A DNA stretch of 63,976 nucleotides, filler included, from Trichomonas gallinae (taxonomy: Eukaryota), in assembly GCA_008369845.1 (NCBI GenBank). It is 8 parts of 8 records of this genome, joined end to end, with 100 filler letters (N's around TTAATTAATTAA, not from the genome) between each part and the next. Parts side by side here need not be neighbours in the genome. Positions count along the whole stretch, not along the records: positions 1 to 18,272 come from MRSU01000352.1; positions 18,373 to 44,620 come from MRSU01000361.1; 6 more parts are not named here. One strand, written 5' to 3'. Shown here piece after piece: positions 11,221-22,250 of the stretch. The notes under the pieces were generated by a model. That model saw only the letters and a program-made list of their open reading frames with translations, was not told where the DNA came from and made no database searches. Numbering within the stretch: the first letter of the stretch is position 1; each line of letters starts with the position of its first letter. Made by a program: the position numbers and the translations under genes.

Positions 11221-11846
11221 GATTTGTATAGTTTTATGTTTTGTTGTTATATAAACTTGTATAAAATAAAATTCAAAATTAATTCTAGATTTAGGCCTAA
11301 AATGTATCTTTTTGTATAAATATATTTGTATTTTTCATATATAAATCTATGTGCAATGATTTTCATATGTGTTTTATAATTTGGGAATGATTTTGATCGA
11401 TTTAAAAATATATTTGGATTATTTAATGTTTGAATAGTATTGATAAGAGGTATAGAACGAATATATTCATAAAATAACTTAAACAAGAAAATACGATGAA
11501 TATATCACTTCCGGAAATTAAATTGTTATTTCAATTTATTTGTTCATACAGTCTATCATGTTTTATTATGTATTGCTCACCATTTACTGAAAATTGCATG
11601 AATCCGACATTTTACTGTAACAATACAATATTATTTAACAATAATCTAATTTCATTAATATGAAAGGACGAGATAGTAGTGATTAATAGGATTTAATAGC
11701 TGAAATTCTTCAAAAGCTGGAAAAATTAGTTGCAAATTTTGTATATTTCATAAACATAAGATATAATAACTTTATGAACATCAATCCAAATACAAATATA
11801 TCAATTACAATAATCCTCATGAACAAAATCTAAAATCAAAAATAAA

Positions 11847-13082
11847 TTATTTCGTTAAAAAAGGCTCCGCGGTTTGTGGACGAGGCTTGAGTGGAGGAAG
11901 GTTAGCTTCTTCGACATTAGAAGTCGACTGAACCGAAGAAGACCTTGGCAAAGACAGCGAACTAACAACGCCTCTAATTCCAGAATTCTTTCTAGTCATG
12001 TATGTCCTCTGAGTGAATCTGGTATTGAGTGATAGGATGGAGTTACGAGAAACCTCATTCTTTACGTCGTTGAGACTGAGAGTATTTTGACCGTTGCCTT
12101 GAGCTGATTTTCCTGACAATAAAGCTTTGTCGCGTGGAATCTGTGTAATTGGTGGTAAGCTGAAGAGCTGCAGTGGGCCTTGATCCGGAACAAACATGAT
12201 TCCACATCTGTTTCCGGATGCATCTGCGTAGTTTGAGCATGAAAATACTGTGTAAACGCTGTCACCCGCGAATCTTTCGATACCAAGTGGAACGCATTGG
12301 TGTGCTCTGACGATATGTTCGATCTTGAATTGTCTGAGAAAATCTTTAACAGCGTTGACACCGTACGTGACGCCGTTGCCACGCTGCGATCTGAGGAAGT
12401 CTTTAGTTTCTGTCGATGGGTCAGACCAGAGTAAATCGCAAGCGATATTGTTATCGTATGTTGTGATTGGTCTTTTAACTAACCTTAGCTGCCTGAAGCT
12501 GGAAATCTGTGGAGAAATACCTCCGTGAACGGCGAAAATTTCCTTCCCAACTCTCGCAGCCAAAGGCATCCAATTGAATGCTTCGTTAAGAGCGTTGTAA
12601 ACTTTAAGGTCACCATATATGGATTCGCATTCCATCTTGAATCCGTACATTTCGTTGACGCGCTCAAACTCGTGATTTCCGCGTAATAAATAAATATGTT
12701 CTGGGAATCTGACACTTAAAGCGAGAAGGAGGGTAATAACTTCTACAGAGTACTGTCCTCTGTCCACGTAATCGCCGAGGAAGAGGAATCTGCTCACAGG
12801 TGGAACGCCAGACAATACGAGAACTCTAATAAGGTCGAAAATATTTCCATGCAAATCACCGATGATATATACTGGTTTCTGAATGTTGAGGAGTGTATCC
12901 ATACCAATGTAAGATCTTTTTGCTCTGTTTGCTAACTCGATAACTGTTGATTCATCGAAAGTTGGAATTGGAACAGTCACACCCACCTCAGTGACACGTT
13001 CAGGTGGAAGGCTTAAGATTTCTTTAAACTCATTTAAAACTCTCTCTGTGTTTCCTTGAAAGCCAGTATTGTTTTCCGCCAT
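11847..13082 (-). CDS. PPP-family Ser/Thr protein phosphatase (PP1-like, C-terminal extension)
   Basis: GDLHG, GDYVDRG, RGNHE, HGG, DLLWSDP, RAHQ and FSCSNY motifs. Confidence 0.95.
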   Translation of the reverse strand: MAENNTGFQGNTERVLNEFKEILSLPPERVTEVGVTVPIPTFDESTVIELANRAKRSYIGMDTLLNIQKPVYIIGDLHGNIFDLIRVLVLSGVPPVSRFLFLGDYVDRGQYSVEVITLLLALSVRFPEHIYLLRGNHEFERVNEMYGFKMECESIYGDLKVYNALNEAFNWMPLAARVGKEIFAVHGGISPQISSFRQLRLVKRPITTYDNNIACDLLWSDPSTETKDFLRSQRGNGVTYGVNAVKDFLRQFKIEHIVRAHQCVPLGIERFAGDSVYTVFSCSNYADASGNRCGIMFVPDQGPLQLFSLPPITQIPRDKALLSGKSAQGNGQNTLSLNDVKNEVSRNSILSLNTRFTQRTYMTRKNSGIRGVVSSLSLPRSSSVQSTSNVEEANLPPLKPRPQTAEPFLTK

Positions 13083-14274
13083 TTTTTGAAAATTTACAAA
13101 AAAATTTTTGTTTAAATTTTGTTTTTTTAATTTTTTGTTATTGTATCATATATAATAAAAAAATTCGCGGGATCAAAAAAATACGTTTTTTTTTGTGTAA
13201 TGAATTTACATCGAGTTTTGTAACATGCTCCAAATAGAGTTATTTCGTTCGCACATTCAAAATTTATTTAAACTTGGTCAGTGAAAAATCACACAATTTT
13301 GATGTGACAATATGCATATTTTCTTTGGTGATGAGTTGCTGTGACACGCGTGGATGCTGTTATGTAGTCGATACTCTCTCTCTAAAAATTGATTGTCAAA
13401 GATTATTTTTTGTCATTGATTATTTCTGGTGATAATCATAGAAGATGAGTAGTGGGTGCAAAATTTTAATTTTTTAAATTGTTAATTGCGAATCAATTTT
13501 TTTTTCAAAAATCGATTTGAGATCATTATATCCATGTTTTATTGCTGATAAAGCCTTCGTCTTTTAAATCCCTTGATATGGGGAACGAATCTGTTGAGCA
13601 GAAGCTAAAAGAATATGTTGAATGACTATGCTACTCGTTCTTGTTCAGGATTTTTCTGACCTACTTAAAAATAAATAAAATTTGAAAATTAATAGATTAA
13701 ATTACGAAAATTATACTATTTTATTCACACCATTCATTCTGGATAAGCAATATATTATTGATAATAGATGCAAAGTTTATACTTATTATTATATTTTTTT
13801 TCAAAATTTGATTTAGAGAAAACAATGTTGAGCAAAGTCACTAAATATATTTACATGATTGGCTGTCAGGATAAAATATATATAGTTTTCTTGAAATTCA
13901 AATTACAAAAATTTAATTAGAATCTCAGCATTAAAAACGTTTTAGGACTTGTGCACTTACCAATACAATATGGAAGGTAAACTTGTTAGTATATTTAGTT
14001 TCTATAGTATAACTTATTATTAGATGAAGAATCTTACGATTTTGATGTCTACTTTGACATGTAAAAAAAAAGTTATGTATTCTTTAAGGTATCGATGCAC
14101 CCCCTGATTAAAATTTTGACGTTTGTAAATTTACAATGTCATTTATACTCTGTCATTTTTCAAAATATCTGACAATTTGACCTTGTAAAATTTCCCTATT
14201 TGACAGCTAGAACAGATTTCAAGAGTCAAGAAAAAATTCGTAGACTTTTCATATGTTAAGTGAGTTCACTTCTT

Positions 14275-15245
14275 ATGTCATCTGAAAAGATTAAGCAACC
14301 ACTCCAAGTCTTTATGGAAGAAAAAGGTGCCGAGATTTGGAAGGACAAACCAAATCTTTCGGATTTCGACAAAACAGAAATTGCTAAAATGCATTTGTGA
14401 CTCTTCCGGAGGAAGAAAAGGATAAATATCGTAAAATCGCTAATACAGAAAAATACAACAAATCCATGGGTGGACCAAGATTGCTCAGTATTGGTAGATC
14501 TTTCAATGATGGTCAGTCAGGCTCAGGATCAAGATCAGGACAATCATTTTCAGGACCAAGACCAACAACGAGTAATGTAACTACCGCCGATATATCAAAG
14601 AAACAAAAACAACCTGTTGATTATTTCATGGAAGAGAAGCACGATTCCCTTTTCAAATACAAGAAATTTTCATCAAACACAGCCAAAAATATGTTCGCAA
14701 TGGAAGAGTTCAGCAAACTGCCACAACCAGAGAAAGATAGATACAGAGATATAGCCAAGGGTATCAGACCACCACCACAGGCGGAAGAGAAGAAAGACGC
14801 AGATGAAAAGAAGGACAAAGATGGAGAAGAGAAGAAAGATAAAAAGGATAAGAAGAAGAAAGACAAAAAACACAAGAAGTTCTCATCTTCCTCCTCAAGC
14901 TCATCTTCCTCTTCAAGTTCATCATATTCTTAAAGCTCATCATCATCTTCAGAAGAAGAAAAGAGAAAGAAGCACAAGAAACATCATCATCACATGAAGC
15001 ACTATCATCTTGAAATGCTTCCACAAGCACCTTACGCGATGAATTTCTAGGTACTTCCACCACAGATGAATCCTTACATGATGCCACAACAGATGATGAT
15101 GCCACCACAGATGATGATGCCTCCACAGATGATAATGCCTCAGCTGCAAAGAAGGAAGCGACCAGCATCCAAACCAAAGAAGTACTGCTCATCATCTTCT
15201 TCCAGCTCTTCGTCATCTTCAAGCTCGTCGTCTTCATCAGAATGA
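14275..15245 (+). pseudogene. Disrupted tandem HMG-box-like gene with a Ser/Lys/Met-Pro-Gln low-complexity tail
   Basis: Inr TCACTT precedes ATG 14275. A 1-nt frameshift near 14395 splits HMG-like repeat 1, which aligns with repeat 2 (KQPxxxFMEEK...LPxxEKDxYRxIA). In-frame TAA at 14931 and TAG at 15048; coding-like sequence continues to TGA at 15243-15245. Confidence 0.75.
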
Positions 15246-15839
15246 ATTAAAGTTTAGCATATAGTATATATTGGTTCTTCGAGTAATTAAAAATTGTTTT
15301 AATCATTTCAATTGAACCACAGATTTGGCTATTTAATTTTCTGAACTTTTTCCCCTCAATTTCAAGGAAATATGGATAAAATGCAGATAATTAATATATT
15401 TGGCCTGTATTATCTCTACAAACACTGAAATATAAACTAACCTTTTAATCTAAGAAAAATTCTGATTTTCAGGTGTGAAAATACGCCAGTTTTCCGTAAG
15501 GATTCGCGTAAATTGTTAAAATAGTTGAGATTTATAGATTTAAATTATGAAAATTCTTAATAAAAACACGAAAAAATAGAAATTTATTTATTTTTAGCAC
15601 AAAATTTATAATGAAAAGAGTCAAAAATATAATTTTGTAATATTGTCAATACATACGAAAAATGCTTGTTAATTTTTTTACATTCACTTTTTCAGTAAAA
15701 AGTTGAAGTAAAAACGTGACATTTGACACTTTTTGATAGGAAAAATCTGAAATATGTTAAAATACGAATATAGACATTATTTCCGAATAGTTTACAAAAA
15801 AGCTTTTTGTGAAATCATTTTTTTTTTCTAAAGAAAAGA

Positions 15840-17246
15840 ATGGGTTGTGGCGAATCTCTCCCAGAAGATACACCTGTGAAGCCCACAGCAGTGAAGAGTG
15901 TACAAAAGCCGAAGGAGGATCATGAGAATATCAAGATCACATCAGGTGAATTCGAGCAGACGACATTGCGCGTCTTAGTTCTTGGAGCTGCAGATGGAGG
16001 CAAAACAACATTATGCCACCAATTGGATAACATCTACAAAGGAAAATTCCCAGAAAGTATCGTTAAAATCTACACGAATCACATCAAGGCAAACCTTATC
16101 TCGGACGTTAAGCTCATAATGCAGGCTATCAACAAGTCTGGCGCACAGCTTGAAAAGAGCTTGAACAAAATAGCAGATCAAATCCTCGCTGTTCCTTCTG
16201 CAGCCGAGAGTTACACACCCGAAATTGCAAGTGGCATTGCAAAGCTCTGGGCTGATGAAACATTCAAAGAGGGATTCAATTCTATTAAGAATGAGTCGCT
16301 TTTCGAGAACGAAGACTTACTTTTCGCTAATGCAGAGCAATTTGCACAAGAAAATTATGTCGCAACGAACGAACAAATTCTTCAGGCATGCATACCAACA
16401 GATGATTTCCTTAGACACACACTCAAATACAATAATTATGAAATTGAAATCATTGAGGTTGGTGGACTTAGAGATCAGCGCGATACATGGCATAGATGCT
16501 ACGACGGCGTCGATGTAATCATCTACGTTGCATCATTATCCAACTTTGGCCTTCCATTGCCAAAGGAACCAGGTACATCTCAAGCAAATGACTCCCTTAC
16601 ATTATTCTCACAGATTGCAGCAGACCAGCACTTCCAGAAGACACCAATATGCTTAGTTCTCAACAAGAAGGACGTTTTCGAGAAGAGACTTGCTAAGAAT
16701 ATTGTTCAATTCAAGTCCACATACACAGGATTCACCGGCTCATCTACAGATATCGATCCAGCCATCAAGCACGTTACAGAGGCCTACCTGAGGCAGCTTG
16801 ACACAGATAGATCTCCACAGGCCTGGGTACATACCGAAGTCTTGAACTGCCTCGACAAAGAAGCCGTCCAGAAGTTCTCTGTGCGCTTTGCCGAGAAGGT
16901 CTACAAGCTCTGCAAGGACCAGAAAGAGAAGAAGCAGGCAATGAAACCAGCAAACCCAGAAGCTCTATCCAGCAAAGTCACATACAGAGAGGAATCGAGC
17001 TCGTCGGACTCCAGCTCAGATATGGTTGAGCCAGCGCCATTCACTGAGGCTGTCAGAGCCAAGACAGTTAAGGCTAAAGAAGAACCAAAGCCAGAGCCTA
17101 AACCAGAGCCAAAGCCAGAACCAAAGAAGGAAGAGGAGCCAAAGAAGAAAGAACACTCACCAAAGAAGAAAGAGCATAAGAAGAAATCTTCATCATCTTC
17201 ATCTGATGACGAATCATACTCATATTATTATTCTTTCTCTACATAA
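15840..17246 (+). CDS. Divergent heterotrimeric G-protein alpha subunit with a C-terminal low-complexity extension
   Basis: MGC N-terminus (myristoylation/palmitoylation), LVLGAADGGKTT P-loop, helical domain, EVGGLR, WHRCY, LVLNKKD; about 110-aa tail with PKPE repeats. Confidence 0.88.
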   Translation: MGCGESLPEDTPVKPTAVKSVQKPKEDHENIKITSGEFEQTTLRVLVLGAADGGKTTLCHQLDNIYKGKFPESIVKIYTNHIKANLISDVKLIMQAINKSGAQLEKSLNKIADQILAVPSAAESYTPEIASGIAKLWADETFKEGFNSIKNESLFENEDLLFANAEQFAQENYVATNEQILQACIPTDDFLRHTLKYNNYEIEIIEVGGLRDQRDTWHRCYDGVDVIIYVASLSNFGLPLPKEPGTSQANDSLTLFSQIAADQHFQKTPICLVLNKKDVFEKRLAKNIVQFKSTYTGFTGSSTDIDPAIKHVTEAYLRQLDTDRSPQAWVHTEVLNCLDKEAVQKFSVRFAEKVYKLCKDQKEKKQAMKPANPEALSSKVTYREESSSSDSSSDMVEPAPFTEAVRAKTVKAKEEPKPEPKPEPKPEPKKEEEPKKKEHSPKKKEHKKKSSSSSSDDESYSYYYSFST

Positions 17247-17516
17247 TAATATCGTGCACTAATAAACTATAATGTTATTTTTATTTCTTTCTTTTTTTAA
17301 CATTTTTGACAAAATATCTTTACAATGTCAATCTTTTGAAAAGTTTACATTGTCATTTTTGATTAATTTTTGACAAAAATTATTTTACATTATCATATTT
17401 TTGAAAAGTTTACGACATTATTGGCATAATTTTTGTGAACTTTACAATAATATTTGAAATATTTACATCATTTTGACAGTTTACATTGTCATTTTTATAA
17501 AAAAATATCCAGCGTG

Positions 17517-18050
17517 ATGATCAAATCAACATCACTTCAGGACTATGAGAAAGAAATGTCAATGATTCGCGCATATATAAACATGCTTCAACAGCAGAGC
17601 GATTCTGTTGCAAATCTCTACCAGAAAAGTGATATTAATAAGCAAATTGGAAAATGTGCTGCAAAAGTATTTGATATTCTTAAATTAATCAAATCCAACC
17701 TTAATGAAAATGAAAAACCACTTAATTCTGATCAGAAACATATTTTGACTCATTATGGGAAGCGTATCTCAAGAGATAACGAGCAAAAGCGAAAAGAAGA
17801 TTACATTGGCAATTTTAAATACGAAGAATCAAATGCATACAATTTAGTTAAGCAATATAATAATAACAAAATTCCAAAAGATGATTTATTGCGTGGATTT
17901 TTGCGTACTATTGAAAAACAAGAAGGGATCAAACTACATCGTGAATCTTTGAGATCAAAAGCAGGCTTATTTAAATTCATTGAGGAACACATTGATCTCG
18001 TGAGGAAATTATTCGAAAATGGTACAAGACTCCAATGTGATGACGATTAA
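17517..18050 (+). CDS. Hypothetical protein with a trichomonad-type C-terminal helical motif
   Basis: 177-aa ORF from ATG 17517. The motif GIKLHRESLRSKAGLFKFIEEH resembles that of the 50321 gene. Confidence 0.7.
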   Translation: MIKSTSLQDYEKEMSMIRAYINMLQQQSDSVANLYQKSDINKQIGKCAAKVFDILKLIKSNLNENEKPLNSDQKHILTHYGKRISRDNEQKRKEDYIGNFKYEESNAYNLVKQYNNNKIPKDDLLRGFLRTIEKQEGIKLHRESLRSKAGLFKFIEEHIDLVRKLFENGTRLQCDDD

Positions 18051-18272
18051 TCAATATTGTTCACTTGTATTATGCTTTTTTCTTTTCTATTTTCTATTTT
18101 TTAAATGTTTATAAAGCTATATTATGCATCACACTTTTATCTTGTATAAGTATAATAACTCACTTCCAAAATGTTCAATTTACATATTTTATAATTTTCA
18201 TTATAATATACAAAATTTACCACAGTAAGTAGGGGAAATTACTATGAATTATGTATTCATTTGATATGACAA

Positions 18273-18372
18273 NNNNNNNNNNNNNNNNNNNNNNNNNNNN
18301 NNNNNNNNNNNNNNNNTTAATTAATTAANNNNNNNNNNNNNNNNNNNNNNNNNNNNNNNNNNNNNNNNNNNN
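18273..18372. other. Assembly gap with artificial linker
   Basis: N44-TTAATTAATTAA-N44; the linker puts stops in all six frames. Confidence 0.98.
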
Positions 18373-19308
18373 TCGAGAAAAACGCTAATTTCGATTAACC
18401 TTAAAAATGAAATTCTGAAGTTTACGAGTGGGCGTAACTGCACCCTTAATAAAAAAATTCCAATGAAATTTGAATGATGATCAAATCTTAAGTTATTTAG
18501 GATATACATGTAGTATAGTGGTTAGAAATAGCTTTTTGAGATCACTAAATTTTAGTAGCGCGGTTTGGTCGGATATCTGATATCTAAATTTAATTTATAA
18601 TAATGATACAGCAACGTACACTTACTTAAAAATATTGTCTCACAAAAATGACAAATCGCCACTTTTCGTCATCCATTCATATTATCATCCAACTATTATA
18701 GTACTCTCTAAAAATAAAAAAAAAAATAAAAATTATCCTTTTTCATTTTGCTATATTGGACCAAGAAGTTTTAAAAAATGGATCCTGGAAAATTCCAGGA
18801 TTATTTCCAAATTTGCATCCCTAAGATATAGCATCCTTATAGAGAGCCTATTATGCTATTGCAATCTTAGGTTCCAATTCTATCACTTACGGGTGCACAC
18901 CAGACGATAGATGGTCCTCTCAATTCTGTTTAAGGTTATTTTCCCGTTATGCGTTTTTAGGCTCGAATATGAAAGCTATCCTGTTTTTGTTATATAATTA
19001 AACATCACTGTATTATGGAGAATTACTACATGAAAGTATCAATCCAAAATCTTGCGAATCCATGGATTTTGAATTTTTTTTTTTCAAATTTTTTCGATTT
19101 TTTTGAATTTTGAAAAGAGTTCTATTTTAATACTTTTATGAAAATTAGTTACATAGATCATCATAAACGCATTCCTCACCAAATTATGCATTTTAGCAAA
19201 GTTCGTTAAGTCTGTCAAAAATTTTCCTTTACATGACATAATGAAGCAGAAAAAAATCATTTACATGACAAATTTGAATGACTTTATCTATTCTTCTGTA
19301 TTTGGAAT

Positions 19309-19760
19309 ATGTTTTCGACAGAGTGGTCGTAAAATAAACGATTCCGAACTCAAAAGGAAGAGTCGATGTCGAAAACACGCTACATGAAACAGATTCAGTT
19401 CCACGATTAGCCGTTAACACCGAAATTAAATAAACTTTGCGATAGACAGGCCGAACAGTCTTATCCTAAGCACAGAGAACCAATTTTTGATGCTCGTTCA
19501 GAGCCAGGTCATGCTTATGATGATAGTAACATCAATCTACATACAAACATCACTCTATGCAGTGGGAATGGTTTCTCCAAACATGAAGAGACCTTACTCT
19601 TTCTAAATTATTCTTATACAACCGATACAACGATGATTGAACATTTGAAAGCGAAGTTTCGGAGCTAAAAAAGCTTGCTACAGATGTATGCAATTCATTA
19701 ATCGATGAGATATTATCAGAAAACGAAAATTATCGCATTAAAAATCGAAAACTAAAGTTG
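19309..19760 (+). pseudogene. Degraded coding remnant of unknown family
   Basis: Higher GC than flanks. Reading frame from ATG 19309 has only two internal stops over about 120 codons, then shifts to ESEVSELKKLATDVCNSLIDEILSE. Confidence 0.35.
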
Positions 19761-20219
19761 TATATATAATTTTGCAATAATATTAACAATAATATTAAAC
19801 TTTTCTGTATTAAACTGTTATGTATCCATCGATATGGTATGCTATTTCATAATTTACGATTATTTATTCTTTAAGCTGGATAATGATATAGAATCAGATC
19901 GTAATTTTAAATGAAGTTGACTTACCTGTTAATTTATAGCGAGATATTGTAATAATCATGGCTGGATGCATGAATATGATAAATTATCAGAGAAAGTTTG
20001 TACTTCTGGAAATTTTAACACTGAGAAATGTTACTACTCCTTGAGTAAGACTTAATGAACAAATATCATTGTTTAGGAAAAATTCAGCATTATCTCTAGC
20101 AATATGAATAGAAAAAAATGCATTTTTTGAATAAGGTTAAAAATTGAGAGAACCTTCTATCGTCTGGGCCCTTAATCTCTAAAAAAAAGTTTGGAAAAAA
20201 AAAAATGCGTTTTTTAAAC

Positions 20220-21521
20220 TCAAACAGTGATTTCGACATCGTTATCTGGTGACTTTGTAGCGAAAACGATGGAATCATCTGGATTCTGGTAATCAACAGT
20301 CCTGGTGACGAATTTTTCTGCGTCTGGACGTTTGACTATTTCTGGTGGATCTGTTTCGGCTGTGTCAGAGTCTGATCCGAGATCGTCCTTGTAACCCTTG
20401 TCTTTCTTTCTCAAGATTAAGAAAGCAATAACTGCAATAAGTGCAATAATGACAAGTACTGCAATTACTATAACTACGATAAGAACTGTTTTAGATTGAT
20501 CTTTTTGTACATATCCTTCATCGGCTTTTTCGCCTCCAGGCGATTTTGTTGGAATCTCAGGATTATTATCGATCGGCTTTTCTGTTGGTGTTTTTGGTGG
20601 TCTTGTAGGTGTTGGATCGCGATCTGGCCATTCTGGTGGCGTTGATAATTTTGATTCTGTGACATCGAAAGAACCTAAATTAGCTAATTGATTTTCATTA
20701 TCAATGTAATAATTCTTTAACGAAATATTCAGTTTATCAGGGGGTGCCTCGTTATTTTCATTGTATTTCTCGCTAATGCCAAAGATTTTTCCATTGTCTT
20801 TTAATTCATTATTAATAAATGTGAAATGATCGAATGAAATTCCCTCACCATGATAAATGTAAATGCATCCCAATGCCTTATTTTGGTCTGTTGAAGTTGT
20901 ATCTTTTTCTGATCCGTTATAGTTTTCGATTGTTAGGTAGTCGATTTTACCTGTGATATATTCAAGTTCTATAGCAACCCCAAACGAGGATGTATTTGAT
21001 ATAGTAATGAAGCTAACGTCCATAGAATCAGCGTATCCAACATAGAAGCCGGAACAATACGAGCAAGCGCAGTTGGATATATTAGCATATGAAAATTTGA
21101 CCGGGGTGCCTTTGAGGTAGATAGGTCTTTGATTTTTACCATTCATAATTTTTTCTGGGCAATAGTCAACAGATGTCGTATCTATGATTGTATTATTTGC
21201 ATCCTCAACTTTGAGATACTGGCCCCAGAAATCAGATTCCTTATCATTGTAACCATAAGTGAAGCATCTTGTTGCTGTCGTACTATTAATAGTGACATTC
21301 TGTGCATGACGAATTGCTACAGCACCAGGGGCTTGCTCAGTAATGCAGCTAATGAAAGAGCAAGCTATAATAGAAACTGAGTAGTTGAAATAGCCATAGA
21401 GATAAATAGCAGCGCCTTGATTATCTCCATACTGTGAAAGGCCTTTGAAGTAGCAGTCACTGATATAGAAATCAGCGCCATTGTCGTAAACGAATCTGTC
21501 GAGCTGTCTTGTTTGATTCAT
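20220..21521 (-). CDS. Type I-like surface protein (beta-helix/Pmp-like ectodomain, PT-rich stalk, TM, acidic tail)
   Basis: GAAIY/GAVAI and GCIYI-type repeats, PTPTRPPKTPT stalk, TM VLIVVIVIAVLVIIALIAVIAFLIL followed by RKKDK. Inr-like TCA-T10 before the ATG. Confidence 0.8.
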   Translation of the reverse strand: MNQTRQLDRFVYDNGADFYISDCYFKGLSQYGDNQGAAIYLYGYFNYSVSIIACSFISCITEQAPGAVAIRHAQNVTINSTTATRCFTYGYNDKESDFWGQYLKVEDANNTIIDTTSVDYCPEKIMNGKNQRPIYLKGTPVKFSYANISNCACSYCSGFYVGYADSMDVSFITISNTSSFGVAIELEYITGKIDYLTIENYNGSEKDTTSTDQNKALGCIYIYHGEGISFDHFTFINNELKDNGKIFGISEKYNENNEAPPDKLNISLKNYYIDNENQLANLGSFDVTESKLSTPPEWPDRDPTPTRPPKTPTEKPIDNNPEIPTKSPGGEKADEGYVQKDQSKTVLIVVIVIAVLVIIALIAVIAFLILRKKDKGYKDDLGSDSDTAETDPPEIVKRPDAEKFVTRTVDYQNPDDSIVFATKSPDNDVEITV

Positions 21522-22250
21522 CTAAAAAAAAAATGAATTCATTCTACCGAAGTTTGTGAAAAACCGCTAAATTTTGAAAACAGATATCTCTGATATCATA
21601 TGCTCTACAAAAATCCAAAAATCTTCTTTCAATCATTTTATCCCACATAAAATTCATCCGAATATGAAGCTGTTGCGCCGCCAATATGTTTCCCTCTACC
21701 GGGAGAATACACAGAAAAAAAAGGTTTGAGAATTTTCTATCGGAGATTGAGAGTTGACACAGAATGCTTAGCACATTCCGATTCGGTATGATGTTGTCGC
21801 CCTCATGATTAGCCCGTGTTCTGCCATTTATTTGTAAAATGACAGAATAATGTAAAAATCCAAAAGAAATGATTATGAGCTACACTAGAATTCGGCTACA
21901 ATATGCTTATGATATTTAGATATTGAAACTGTTTTTCTATTTTTTTTTTATTACAAATCAACTGCTCAACATATGAAATCAAAAGTTATGCATTCAAAAG
22001 AGTATCATTGTTCATTGGATTTTCATGAACTCTTAAAAAAATTTTTGTGCATATTGATTTCCTATAAAATTCGAGTTTACTCGTAAATATGGATTATATA
22101 TAAGTAGTCTTGATGAAATATACTTGTTATATTGAGAATTTTTATTAATTTCGATATCATTCTCAATATAACCATTTTTTTTTTTTTGTGTGTTTGTGTG
22201 TTGCTATAACATATCGTTGGGAATCATCTGATATTTTTAATTTTTTGTTG

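Noticed and set aside
14931..15050. Stop-codon reassignment or readthrough in the host genome
   Set aside because: Many intact genes in the window end at TAA, TAG or TGA, and this locus also has a frameshift; pseudogenisation is simpler.
18317..18328. TTAATTAATTAA palindrome repeated identically seven times in the window
   Set aside because: Always centred in a 100-nt N block; it is a scaffolding linker with six-frame stops, not biology. ORF-track entries containing X are artefacts.
21544..21830. GC-richer segment upstream of the 21521 gene as an ncRNA or 5' exon
   Set aside because: No recognisable RNA family or trichomonad intron signals (GTATGT...ACTAACACACAG), and the 21521 ATG has its own Inr.
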